Shown here: piece by piece, positions 19,350 to 29,498 of the stretch
Numbering within the stretch: the stretch's first letter is position 1
Layout of the letters: every line of letters starts with the position of its first letter
NCBI GenBank assembly: GCA_965200245.1
Contig: CBDATS010000005.1
Coordinates: 736,001 to 800,000 of the forward strand
Source of the DNA: a bacterium
Lineage (GTDB): Bacteria; UBA8248
Direction: 5' to 3'
Length of the DNA stretch: 64,000 bases
Notes under the pieces: model-generated
Database searches by the model: none
Told to the model about the DNA's origin: nothing
What the model saw: the letters and a program-made list of their open reading frames with translations, nothing else
Program-made: the position numbers and the translations under genes

Positions 19350-22300
19350 ACCGCTCTCTCCCGCAACACGAGAAGTTCGTTTATTTCCGGCGCTCCCTCT
19401 TTTCGTGCGGCGCGCTCGATCCTGTCGGGCCCGCAAACCATCCTGTAATTGCAATACCTGCAGCCAACGTCGGATGGAGTCGGAAAAAACCGTCCCTTCC
19501 CGGATGAGGCAAGGAAATAATCCAGGAGCGCATCCACATCCGCCATGCGGCCTTCGATATCCTCAGAAGATCGCACGCGCTCTTCGGCACCCTCTTCTTC
19601 CGTAAGATAGACGTATGCGCCGCTTACTCTGGCACTCTCCGGCAAGGCGTCCGTGCGCGCGCGCAGATGCCGCGCGTAAAGATGAAGTTGAAGACTCGCG
19701 CCACCGTCCAGAATTTTTCCTTTGGCAGGAAGTGAATTTTTTCTTCCCCAGGTCTTAAAGTCGATGACGCGGTATTCCCCCGCTTCATTTTCCTCTAGCA
19801 GGTCCATCCGACCACTCAGGGCGAGTTCTCCCGCCTGAAGCGTTATCCGTAATGGCTCCGAACCCCGGCCGCCGAATCTCTCTTCCACGCTCACCGGCTG
19901 CCTGCCCGTTTGCTCCGCGCGTGTTTGCTCCAGGTAACCCTCCAAGCGCCTGTATAATGTGTTTTCGAGCACCGCCCATGGCAACGCGAGCAGGGGCGGC
20001 GATTCAGCCGCATCCGCCTCCTCACGCAACGCCTCGTGAATCGCATCTAGGAGCGCGCCCTGAGCGGTCGTTTCATCGAGCGCGTCAATAGACCGGTTCT
20101 CCCGCTTGAGCCATAGATGAAAATGTTCGAGAGCCCTGTGCGTCAACTGCCCTCTCCTCCTCCCGTCCAAGACGAAAGGGGGTAGAGGTTCCTCGCGCTT
20201 TTCCATGCGCGGATACAGGCGCTCGTTCACGAACCGATACGGGCAACCGAAAAAAACCTCTACCGCAGTGACGCCGAGGGGCCACGCGGGCGAGTGAATC
20301 CTCTCCCGGATGATTTGCAGCAAGTCGGGGGTCGTGAGCATACCGTCAAATGCGGTCAACGCACCCTGCCGCCATCGCTCGGCCAGGGCGTTTCGTTTGC
20401 GGAGAAACCCGGGGAAATCGTTCATGTAGGCGAGGGCACCCGCCTCGGACCGCCTGATCTGCTCCACCATGCGCGCCAAGTCATACTCTCGCAGTTGAAC
20501 GGGATTCCCGGAACAGGCTCCGACATTCGGTGTCGTGGTGGCGGTGTTGCTGCGCAAGCCCGCGAAAAGGCCCCACGCGCCGTCTCTCGCCTCTCCCAGC
20601 GCATCGGCCAGATAATGCAGGTAAAGGCTGGGGAAAGACGCCGTCTCATTCCCCGTGCCATCCTCGACACTCGTCACCGTAATAACGAGCCGTTTCCTCA
20701 CCGACTGGAGGATCGTCCACAACTGAAAACGCGCTTCATTGTCACGGTATTTCTTGAGCGGAAGCGCCATTTCCCTCTCCGGGAAGCGCTGTTTCGCCAC
20801 GCGGTTCAACACCTCGCGGGTGGAATCGGGCAGGAGCGGGTTTTCGCTCCCCTGAGCCGGAAACAGGCCCTCGCCCATGCCTGCGAGCACGACCGTGTCA
20901 AAGGAAATCCCGCGCGCGCTCTGGATAGAGGAGAGACTCGCCAGATGCCTTTCTTCCAACTTGTTCACGCTCTGGGGGGTTTTCTCGAAAAACAGCTCGC
21001 AAAGATCGTAGAACGCCTCACGCGTCATCTCGCCGGTAACAGCATCCAAATCCGCCAGCAAACGGACCACATCCTTAACTGCTTTAGCGTCGACCAAATC
21101 GCATGTCGTCTCTGAGAAGACTTCCAGAGCCGATTGAACGAACAAAGAGAGCGACCCCGCTTCGGGGATCCTCTCCATGAGATCGACGACTTCGGACATC
21201 GAGATGGCAAGGGAATAGGCAGCAGGACGCTCCTCATCTCCTTCTTTCATTCTCTCCAAGGCGTCATCGAGTTCTGCGCACCAGGCGTCCGCACCTCTCA
21301 GGTAAGGCAGGCTTCTCGAGAAAAACTCCCATCTGGACACAAGGATGTCGTCACAGACAAGTTCTTCGAATCCGTATTTCTCGGCAAGATACCGAAACCT
21401 CGGCGTGCCGATGAAGCCTCCCTCCCCTAGAAAGCGCATCAACTCGGCGCGCGGATAGCCCTCAACCGGAAGACGAAGCATCAAAAGAAACAACCGGGCG
21501 GCGGACGTTTCCGACAGAGGATTCCTTCCTTTGGTCAGACAGGGAATTTCGAGGGTTTGAAACGTCTCCTCGAATAAGTCCTGATAGCCGCCTTGCTCGG
21601 TCATCAGGACGCATACCTCATCTTCACTCTCGAAATCCTCCCGTGCCCGGAGCATCTCCCGGCAGGCTTCCCGGACTTCTCGGCCTCTTGTGGGGGCAGC
21701 TACGACGCGCATGGCATCCGCCGCCAAAGGCCCGGCCTGCGCTCCATGGCGCGAAAAGATCGCTTCGGCCAGTCCCGAAAGCGGCCTGGACGCGATCGGC
21801 CCCGCTTGTTCGCGCTGGAAACCCTGCTCCTCTAGCCAGTGGATAAAGGGCAGCGCGTACGCGCAGGCGGGCGCGTCGGTTTGAGCAGGTACCAGGGCTT
21901 GGGACTGCGCCTCCCGGCAGACAGCCGCCGCCAGCCTGCGCTGAATCGCATTCATCTCTGCAAAACCGTAGAAAATAGTGGGTACGCGCGGGGGGTCGGC
22001 TTCCGCCCTCTCGCACGCGGTCAGGAAAAGCGAGGATAGGTCGTAAAATCCGCGTTCACGCATGCAATTCCTGTAACGCTCGATCAAAACCCCCAAGTCC
22101 CACAGTCGCGCCGCATCGGGGCCGGGAATCTCCTGGCTGAGTTTCCTCAAATCATGGGGCGAAAAGTTCGCCTCAGCCAGGTCCGTCAAAGTCGCGTAGA
22201 GGTTCTCTCCGTATCCCACTGAATCGGAGGGGTAGAAGGCGAACTCTCCGCGCGTGCACTCGAACACCTCTTTGGCCAGGGTTTCGGCCAAAGCCGGGTG

Positions 22301-22573
22301 GATCCGCCTGAGTTCCGCCAAGGAGCGCTCGGGTTCGGCAATCTTACGCGCTAAGTCGATCATGCCCAGAACCTCCACCCCTGCGAAACTGCTCGCGCGT
22401 GCAAGAACGCTCTGAACGTGATCACGCAGCCTGCTCGAGATGACGACCACTCTCCTGTGCGCCAGTGGATCTCCGCAACCCATGCCGCGTACGCGGGAAG
22501 CAAGGGATGACTCGAGATGGTGGAAAGGAGCGGTGAAGAGAATTTTAGAGACTGACGCCATGAGGAGTTCCAT
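19346..22573 (-). CDS. addB: AddB-like PD-(D/E)xK nuclease subunit B
   Basis: Degenerate helicase fold; CPYRF, GRMDL, IDFKT, QLHLY and C-terminal CRYCNYRMVC (Fe-S staple). Start could be 22561. Confidence 0.85.
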   Translation of the reverse strand: MELLMASVSKILFTAPFHHLESSLASRVRGMGCGDPLAHRRVVVISSRLRDHVQSVLARASSFAGVEVLGMIDLARKIAEPERSLAELRRIHPALAETLAKEVFECTRGEFAFYPSDSVGYGENLYATLTDLAEANFSPHDLRKLSQEIPGPDAARLWDLGVLIERYRNCMRERGFYDLSSLFLTACERAEADPPRVPTIFYGFAEMNAIQRRLAAAVCREAQSQALVPAQTDAPACAYALPFIHWLEEQGFQREQAGPIASRPLSGLAEAIFSRHGAQAGPLAADAMRVVAAPTRGREVREACREMLRAREDFESEDEVCVLMTEQGGYQDLFEETFQTLEIPCLTKGRNPLSETSAARLFLLMLRLPVEGYPRAELMRFLGEGGFIGTPRFRYLAEKYGFEELVCDDILVSRWEFFSRSLPYLRGADAWCAELDDALERMKEGDEERPAAYSLAISMSEVVDLMERIPEAGSLSLFVQSALEVFSETTCDLVDAKAVKDVVRLLADLDAVTGEMTREAFYDLCELFFEKTPQSVNKLEERHLASLSSIQSARGISFDTVVLAGMGEGLFPAQGSENPLLPDSTREVLNRVAKQRFPEREMALPLKKYRDNEARFQLWTILQSVRKRLVITVTSVEDGTGNETASFPSLYLHYLADALGEARDGAWGLFAGLRSNTATTTPNVGACSGNPVQLREYDLARMVEQIRRSEAGALAYMNDFPGFLRKRNALAERWRQGALTAFDGMLTTPDLLQIIRERIHSPAWPLGVTAVEVFFGCPYRFVNERLYPRMEKREEPLPPFVLDGRRRGQLTHRALEHFHLWLKRENRSIDALDETTAQGALLDAIHEALREEADAAESPPLLALPWAVLENTLYRRLEGYLEQTRAEQTGRQPVSVEERFGGRGSEPLRITLQAGELALSGRMDLLEENEAGEYRVIDFKTWGRKNSLPAKGKILDGGASLQLHLYARHLRARTDALPESARVSGAYVYLTEEEGAEERVRSSEDIEGRMADVDALLDYFLASSGKGRFFPTPSDVGCRYCNYRMVCGPDRIERAARKEGAPEINELLVLRERAV

Positions 22574-22623
22574 TTCAGCGTTGGTGAGCGGTTCCGCTGG
22601 ATGAAGTAGATCCGAACGATCGA

Positions 22624-23589
22624 TCAGGTGTTCAGCACACTCTCACCGAAGAGTTCTTCCACCTCAAGCAGGCCGGGCGTGAGGCCCTGCTGGTGGGCAT
22701 AGGAGAGGAGTTTTTCGAGAGACGTGCGGTTCGCCTCCACCCCGTAGGGCCAGAAATTATCGCCAAAAATCTCGCGTGTCTCATCCATCACAGAGGGTAG
22801 AAACGGAATCATGGCCGAGAGGGCACCGTTATCGCTCAAAAGTTCCATCGTCTTTTCGCGCGCCTCGCACATGGCCTGGTAAATGGATCCAAGCGCCCAG
22901 GGGGTTTTCACGTGAATATCGCGTCTCAGCACAACGCAGTGCATCATGGGATGAACACCCGTTCGCTTGTAGTACGCCGTCTCGGCGGCCTTGTAGTTCG
23001 GGAAGAGACGCTTGACGCGTGGCGAGCCCTTAGCGAAGCACTCGGGCACCTGATGAATCAGCGCTCCGTCTACCTCGCCCGAATCGAGCATGCTCGAAAC
23101 CGTCTGGCCGGGCTTCATATAGCGGATGCGCGCGCCGGGCGGCATGGGAATCGGTACGCGCGGCTCAATGGCCGCCACCCAATCCACCGAACTCACGTCG
23201 AGGCCGTATTCTTCGGCGAGAATGCCCACAATCCACACCACCGCCGTCATTCCCCATTCGCGGATCGCGATTCGCTTGCCGTTCAGGTCCGCCACCTGAT
23301 TGACGCCCGCATCAGTGTTGGCATAAACCATCGAATGCCGGAAGACGCGGCTCGGAAAAGCTGGCATCCCCACGAAGGGGCTCTCGCCCTCACCGAGCAG
23401 GAACATGTGCGCACCCATCGACATTTCCGACAGATCGAACTCCTGGTATCTGCACATGCGGAAGAATATCTCGGTGGGCGGCAAGGAAAGCACCCGGAGA
23501 TTCACCCCCTCCGGGCGAACCGCACCCATCTTGAGAATGTTGGTCCGATCATAATCGCCAAACGCCGCTGTGAGTTCCAGAGCCGGCAT
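22624..23589 (-). CDS. 4,5-dihydroxyphthalate decarboxylase-like protein (Pht5/OphC family)
   Basis: GDYDRT, FDLSEMS, FPSRVFRHS, HPMMH and WPYGVEANR motifs. ATG 23589 follows AGGGG. Confidence 0.75.
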   Translation of the reverse strand: MPALELTAAFGDYDRTNILKMGAVRPEGVNLRVLSLPPTEIFFRMCRYQEFDLSEMSMGAHMFLLGEGESPFVGMPAFPSRVFRHSMVYANTDAGVNQVADLNGKRIAIREWGMTAVVWIVGILAEEYGLDVSSVDWVAAIEPRVPIPMPPGARIRYMKPGQTVSSMLDSGEVDGALIHQVPECFAKGSPRVKRLFPNYKAAETAYYKRTGVHPMMHCVVLRRDIHVKTPWALGSIYQAMCEAREKTMELLSDNGALSAMIPFLPSVMDETREIFGDNFWPYGVEANRTSLEKLLSYAHQQGLTPGLLEVEELFGESVLNT

Positions 23590-23795
23590 GTTTTCCCCTT
23601 TCACGTCATAAATCCTGAAAACACCTATTCTTGATAATCGCGGAACGGCCCTCAGGTTTCTCATAATTTCCTTCTCTCAGCAACGAGGCGCATCCTTGTG
23701 CGCGTGAAAAATGCGGTTGACCGCCCGCCACCCGACGTGGCATGAAGAGTCGGGCAGTCACAGGATTCCGAATTGACAACCGAAAAGGATAACGC

Positions 23796-24839
23796 TTGGC
23801 CAATAAGACAAGGGTGATCATTTGCGGGTTCGGGCGCGTGGGACGTGAATTCGCGAGACTCATCCACAAAAAATCAGAGTTCATGCGCACGGCTTATGAC
23901 CTCGATCCGGCCATTGTTGGCGTGGGAGAACTCAACGGGAGCCTGCACTGCCCCGTTGGAATCGACCCCGCAACAACTGCGGACACCTTCGAGCGGACAG
24001 GCAGTTTCGAAGGGAATCCTCATCTGGAAGCCGATTGGAGTGGAATCGACCTCATTCGCTCGGCAAGCACCGACATACTCATTGAGACGACGCCCACCGA
24101 CATCCGCACGGGCGAGCCGGCCATGAGCCACATACGCGAGGCGCTCTCAAGAAACATCCACGTTGTGAGCGCGAACAAGGGACCCTTCATCCGCGCCTAC
24201 CGCGAACTGACTGCGCTGGCGCGTGAGAAAAATTCAAGTCTCAAAATCTCCGCCGCTGCTGCAGCTGCCCTCCCGACCATAGACGTGGCGGAGATATGCC
24301 TCGCGGGTGCCGAGATTCTTGGCATAGAAGGCGTACTGAACGGGACAACGAATTTTATACTTTCCAGAATGCGGACAAACGGCAAGAGTTATGAGGAGGC
24401 GCTCGCAGAGGCGCAGTCGCTCGGTATCGCGGAGACCGACCCCACGCTCGACGTGGAGGGTTTCGACACGTCGAACAAGCTCGCGCTCATCGCGAACGTC
24501 TGCATGGGTGCGGACCTGATGCCCGCAGACGTGAAGCGTACGGGTATCACCGGCATATCACTCGAAAAAGTGCAACGCGCGAGTGCTGCGGGCAAAATCA
24601 TGCGTCTGGTGGGCACAGCCAAGCGAGGCGAGAGCGGGCGCGTCTCGGCCTGCGTCGCGCCCGTGCTACTCTCGCCCGATCATCCCTTGGCAGGGGTTGA
24701 GGGTGCAGAGAAGGGAATCACCTACACGAGCGATACCATGGATCGTGTCACCGTGACGGGCGGAAAGAGCGATCCGCGTGGCGCGGCCGCCGTTTTACTT
24801 AAAGACCTCATCAACATTTATCGTCATTCATCATCCTGA
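23796..24839 (+). CDS. Homoserine dehydrogenase-like protein (no ACT domain)
   Basis: GFGRVG, SANKGP, GVLNGTTNFIL and AETDPTLDVEGFD motifs. Confidence 0.82.
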   Translation: MANKTRVIICGFGRVGREFARLIHKKSEFMRTAYDLDPAIVGVGELNGSLHCPVGIDPATTADTFERTGSFEGNPHLEADWSGIDLIRSASTDILIETTPTDIRTGEPAMSHIREALSRNIHVVSANKGPFIRAYRELTALAREKNSSLKISAAAAAALPTIDVAEICLAGAEILGIEGVLNGTTNFILSRMRTNGKSYEEALAEAQSLGIAETDPTLDVEGFDTSNKLALIANVCMGADLMPADVKRTGITGISLEKVQRASAAGKIMRLVGTAKRGESGRVSACVAPVLLSPDHPLAGVEGAEKGITYTSDTMDRVTVTGGKSDPRGAAAVLLKDLINIYRHSSS

Positions 24840-24853
24840 CGCGGAGATTTCCC

Positions 24854-26455
24854 ATGAACAACGCAGATTTAATCGTCAAAACCATGAAGGAAGCGGGCGT
24901 CACGCACTGCTTCGGCATTCCGAGTGGAAACGTGCTGCCCATGCTCGAGGCCATGCGCAAAGGGGGAATCACCTTTGTCCTCACTGCGCACGAGGGCTCG
25001 GCGAGCTTTTCCGCTGACGTGATGGGCCGCCTGACGGGCGCGCCCGGGTTTTGCATCGCCACCCTGGGACCTGGAGCTACGAACCTCTCGACCGGCGTGG
25101 GCAACGCCTATCTGGACCGCTCTCCGCTCATCGCGCTGACCTGCAACTTGCACACGCACCAGTTGGGACGTCGTATTCAGATGTACATTGACCATCACAC
25201 CCTCTACAGGCCCATCAGCAAAGCGAGTTATCCGCTCAGGAAAGGTCGTGTCGCCTCCGTGCTGGAACAAGCGATAGGCCTCGTGTTAAGCGAGCCGCAC
25301 GGCCCCGTCCACCTGGATTTGCCAGAAGACGTGTCGCTCGCACCCGCTACCGAGGATATACCGCCCATCCCTCAGGGCAAACGTCACCGCCCCGCACCTG
25401 AGAGCGCATTCTCAAAACTGGAATCCCTTCTTCAGAACGCCAAGCGGCCCGTCGCCGTTCTGGGCTCCACGACCATGCGGATGGAAAACCCAGCGCTTCT
25501 TCGCGCCTTCATCGACAAGCACCAGCTACCCTTCGCCACGACCACCATGGCCAAAGGGATGATAGATGAAGACCATCCGCTTTCGGTCGGGTGCATCGAA
25601 CGCGGCAAGCGCCAAGTGCAGCGAGAGTTCTTAAGAAGCGCCGATTTGATTCTGGGGATTGGCTACGATGTCGTCGAGGTGGAATACGAGCAATGGATCA
25701 AGAACGTGCCCCTCGCCAGCGTGGACATTGACCCGGTGGATGCGGATGCTTCTGTCGATATCACGCACGAGTTGGTGGGCAACCTTGATGCGTCTTTGAG
25801 ACGCATGAACAGCTTCGCCCCCGGCAGCTTTGAGTGGCCTTCAGACGCCGCCTTGCGCCAAAAAGAAAAATTCCAGAAGGCCCTGCGCCCCGATGTTCCA
25901 AACTTCGCGGCTCATCAGGCCATCGACGTGGTTCGCGAAGTGACGCCAAAGGAGGGAATCCTGTCCTTTGACGTGGGCGCACACACGCACCAGATAGCCA
26001 GCCAGTGGACCGTTCACGAGCCGCGCACGTTCCTCATCACGAACGGGTGGTCCTCAATGGGCTTTGGTCTGCCGGGGGCTATCGCCGCGAAGCTCGCATG
26101 TCCAGAAAAACCCGTGGTTGCCCTTATCGGGGACGGGTGTTTTCAGATGACGTGCGGCGAGGTAGCAGTCGCCAAGAGAATGGGCCTCGCCATTCCCATA
26201 GTCGTGCTGGACGATCGCTGGCTCTCGCTCATCCAGGTGAAACAGGACAGGCGCGCTTACGGCCGCTACGGCACCGAACTCCAGGCTGAGGAATACCAGG
26301 CGCCGCCCGCCCATTATTTCGGCGTGCCTGCCGTGGGCGCACGAACGCCGGAGGAACTTCAAAAGGCGCTCCGCCAGGCTTTCGACGCTGACGGGCCGAC
26401 TATCATCGAAGCGGTGGTGGACACCGGGCACTACGACGACACGGTATTCGACTAG
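24854..26455 (+). CDS. Thiamine diphosphate-dependent enzyme (acetolactate synthase-like family)
   Basis: FGIPSG, HE, TLGPGATN, SSMGFGLP and GDG motifs. Confidence 0.88.
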   Translation: MNNADLIVKTMKEAGVTHCFGIPSGNVLPMLEAMRKGGITFVLTAHEGSASFSADVMGRLTGAPGFCIATLGPGATNLSTGVGNAYLDRSPLIALTCNLHTHQLGRRIQMYIDHHTLYRPISKASYPLRKGRVASVLEQAIGLVLSEPHGPVHLDLPEDVSLAPATEDIPPIPQGKRHRPAPESAFSKLESLLQNAKRPVAVLGSTTMRMENPALLRAFIDKHQLPFATTTMAKGMIDEDHPLSVGCIERGKRQVQREFLRSADLILGIGYDVVEVEYEQWIKNVPLASVDIDPVDADASVDITHELVGNLDASLRRMNSFAPGSFEWPSDAALRQKEKFQKALRPDVPNFAAHQAIDVVREVTPKEGILSFDVGAHTHQIASQWTVHEPRTFLITNGWSSMGFGLPGAIAAKLACPEKPVVALIGDGCFQMTCGEVAVAKRMGLAIPIVVLDDRWLSLIQVKQDRRAYGRYGTELQAEEYQAPPAHYFGVPAVGARTPEELQKALRQAFDADGPTIIEAVVDTGHYDDTVFD

Positions 26456-26604
26456 AATATCTCCAGAACAGACGATACCGAGACGTTTGAACGAAAGAAA
26501 TCGCAGTTTAGGCCTTATAGGTAATGTCGCATCCATTCTGAACACACCGTGGATTCTTCTTCGGGCGGGGCATTTCACCGGGCGAATTCGGGCATTATCC
26601 TTAT

Positions 26605-27030
26605 ACGTTGAAAGTCATGTTTTTCCGTTCCACGCGAACATAAAGAAACACAAGGTGAAATCGTACAACTCCTACTTGCGAGACAGGGGCATTGTCTCAC
26701 ACCCCACCAAGTGCAGGACGCGCTCGCAGGCCACCCGATAACGGAGCGAGAGAGCTTCGTCATGGAGAAGTTGCTCGTCGCCGTCCCGCCCCGGTAGATG
26801 GCGAGTTTCTATCGCACCTTGGCGGGCGCGGAGATCGACCCCATATTCGAAATTTCAGGAAAAAACGGTCACAGGCTACTGGGATCAAAACATGGTCACT
26901 CCGGGGTCTCGGCAAGGGTTTCCGTCACGCCTGTGAGGATTTAAGGCTCGAACGCGCTTTTATCGTCTGTCCGGGGGAGGAGTACTACCCCGTCACGAAG
27001 GACACGGGGTGGTTGGCCTGCGGAAGATGG
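26605..27030 (+). pseudogene. Remnant of an AAA+ ATPase / DUF4143 gene (C-terminal part)
   Basis: Fragments in different frames: PFHANIKKHKVKS..YLRDRGI; ESFVMEKL..*MASFYRTLAGAEID; LGKGFRHACEDL..ERAFIVCPGEEYYP. Confidence 0.7.
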
Positions 27031-27068
27031 TCTCTATCATACTGCACGGGGAGGAACAGCCAGAGGCA

Positions 27069-27446
27069 CTAGAGAAACCTGGCGCCCTCGATGATCGCCT
27101 CACCGAAGTTTACACCTTCGATGTCCGCGCCTGTCAAATCCGCGTCGCGGAAACTTGTGCCCGCGACGTCGGCATCGCTTAGGAGCGCGTCGCGCAGGAC
27201 GACGCCCTCCAGATCGGCGTTTCGCAAATCCGTCTCACGCAAGTCTGCGCCCGAAAGATCGGCGGCGCTCAAGTCCGCGCGTACCAGACTCGCGCCTCTT
27301 AATTTGGCGTCGGTAAGGTCACACCCGCTCAGGTCCGTCCAAGAGAGGTCTTCACCCTCCATGGAGAGGGGCTCGCCTTTTTGCGCGGCTTCTTCAATAA
27401 GTTGTTCCAACTTCTCGCGCGGCATGTTCATGTCGGGGAAAATCAT
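27069..27446 (-). CDS. Pentapeptide repeat protein
   Basis: Tandem A-D-L-x-x pentapeptides (ADLSA ADLSG ADLRE TDLRN ADLEG). Confidence 0.9.
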   Translation of the reverse strand: MIFPDMNMPREKLEQLIEEAAQKGEPLSMEGEDLSWTDLSGCDLTDAKLRGASLVRADLSAADLSGADLRETDLRNADLEGVVLRDALLSDADVAGTSFRDADLTGADIEGVNFGEAIIEGARFL

Positions 27447-27645
27447 AGATCAGACAGGCGAACTTGCAAGGCCGGATTGACAAGAATCCGACGTGATGCC
27501 TACAAAGACACTCACGTACAGACCCTTTGAAGATGTGCAAGCGCCCCTCTTCGAAGAACCATCAAACTGAAAATGCGCGCTTGAAATTCTTGCAACGAAG
27601 GCGGAGAGCGCTCTCCCCGCCGCTGAAAATCGACAGGAGAATTCC

Positions 27646-29427
27646 ATGAAGGTGAAACGGGTAGGCGTCATCGGTCTGGGGACGATGGGTTCGAACATCG
27701 CCATCGTCTGCACTCGGGGTGGCAAGGAAACGACGGTTTTCGAGGCAAACGCGCAGGCCATGGAGGCGGGCATGACGCGGGTACGCTCATTCCTGGACGC
27801 GGGCATCGAGAAGGGCAAGACCTCTCCTGAGGAGAGAAAAGCGATGCTGGGTCGAATTACGCAAGCCGAATCGATCTCGGGACTTCAAGATTGTGACCTG
27901 GTGATCGAGGCCATCACCGAAGATAGCGAGGAGAAGAACAAGCTGCTCCGCAGCCTGAACGCCGTACTAGGCAAAAAGGCCATCATCGCTTCCAACACGA
28001 GCACACTCTCCATCTCCCACATGGGAGCGGCATCGGGACGCCCTTCGAAGACCATCGGCACGCATTTTTGCCTACCGGCAGCACTCAACAGACTCGTGGA
28101 AGTTGCCCCTGCCCTCCTCACGAGTCAAGAGACCACGAGTGCGACCATGGCCTTTTTGGAAGATGTCGGCCAGACGCCCGTTCTGGTGAAAGATGCACCC
28201 GGCTTCGTGCTGAATTACTTCCTCGTGGCGTTCCAGAACGACTGCATCCGCCTTATCGAATCAGGCTACACGAACCCGGCGGATCTGGACACGGGCGTGC
28301 GCCTGGGCCTCGGCTACAGGATGGGTCCCATGCGCCTACTTGACATTGAGGGACTGGATATCCACCGCACAGTCTCGCTCTCGATGTACGAACAACTGAA
28401 AGACCCGCGCTACATCCCTCCGCCGCTGGTTGACCGCATGATAGATGCGGGCTATCTGGGCGCCAAGACGGGCAAGGGGTTTTACACCTATAAGTCCGCC
28501 GGCGTGTTCGGCGTCGCCGAACCGGAAGAAGACGCAGCGAATGCGCGCGACCTCTCCTCTGGGCAGACCATCGCGGACGCAGTGAAGAAAGTCGGCGTCA
28601 TCGGCCTAGGGGCCATGGGTTCGGGCATCGCACAGGTCTGTTTGACCGCAGGGCTGGAAGTCACTGGTATCGAGGTGAGCGCGGAGACTCTCGAAACGGG
28701 CCTCAACCGCATCCGCAGGAACCTCGACGGCGCAGTGAAACGCGGGAAAATGGACGAAGCCAAAAAAGAGGAAACGCTCGCGCGCCTTGACGGTTCGACC
28801 GATCTGGGGGCGCTTTCCGATTGCGACCTCATTATCGAGGTGATCATCGAAAACCTCGACGCCAAACTCGAACTCTTCGAAAAACTCGGAGAAATAGCGA
28901 AAGAAAGAGCGATCATTGCGTCGAACACTTCTTGCCTCTCCGTGACCGCCATGGCGGCCAAGACGAAAACCCCTGAGCGCGTGGTGGGCCTTCACTTTTT
29001 CAACCCACCCTACGCCATGCGGCTCGTTGAGGTGGTCGAAGCCATCCAGACCGCACCCGAGATCACAGAGTTCGGCATCGCGTTCTGCCACCGAATCGGC
29101 AAGACACCTATTCCCGTCAAGGACAGACCCGGTTTCCTGGTGAACCGCTTGCTAGTCCCTTATCTCAATCACGCCGCCCATGCGTTCGATGAAGGCCTCG
29201 CGGACAGCGAGAGCATGGACAAGGCCATCAGCATGGGACTCGGACACCCCATGGGGCCACTCACGCTCATCGACCTGGTAGGCGTAGATGTGCAGACCTT
29301 CGTTGCCGACTCGATGGCCGAAGAGTTGGGCGAGGCGAGATTCTACGCCCCGCCCATCCTGCGCCGGATGACCTCGGCTGGGTGGCTGGGCAGAAAGACA
29401 GGCAAAGGTTTTTATGACTACGAATAA
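27646..29427 (+). CDS. Tandem double 3-hydroxyacyl-CoA dehydrogenase
   Basis: Two full units, each with GVIGLGxMG, ASNTS, KDxPGF and GxKTGKGFY. Confidence 0.9.
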   Translation: MKVKRVGVIGLGTMGSNIAIVCTRGGKETTVFEANAQAMEAGMTRVRSFLDAGIEKGKTSPEERKAMLGRITQAESISGLQDCDLVIEAITEDSEEKNKLLRSLNAVLGKKAIIASNTSTLSISHMGAASGRPSKTIGTHFCLPAALNRLVEVAPALLTSQETTSATMAFLEDVGQTPVLVKDAPGFVLNYFLVAFQNDCIRLIESGYTNPADLDTGVRLGLGYRMGPMRLLDIEGLDIHRTVSLSMYEQLKDPRYIPPPLVDRMIDAGYLGAKTGKGFYTYKSAGVFGVAEPEEDAANARDLSSGQTIADAVKKVGVIGLGAMGSGIAQVCLTAGLEVTGIEVSAETLETGLNRIRRNLDGAVKRGKMDEAKKEETLARLDGSTDLGALSDCDLIIEVIIENLDAKLELFEKLGEIAKERAIIASNTSCLSVTAMAAKTKTPERVVGLHFFNPPYAMRLVEVVEAIQTAPEITEFGIAFCHRIGKTPIPVKDRPGFLVNRLLVPYLNHAAHAFDEGLADSESMDKAISMGLGHPMGPLTLIDLVGVDVQTFVADSMAEELGEARFYAPPILRRMTSAGWLGRKTGKGFYDYE

Positions 29428-29498
29428 ACGTACCCGGCAGTCGCCCCGGGAATAGCGATGCGCATCCCGGTTGCTGCACCTATCATCCCGCGAGAGAA

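Noticed and set aside
16017-22573. Helicase-nuclease pair as a novel defence system or Cas4-like module
   Set aside because: Architecture, gene order and Fe-S staple match housekeeping AddAB; no CRISPR repeats or other defence genes nearby.
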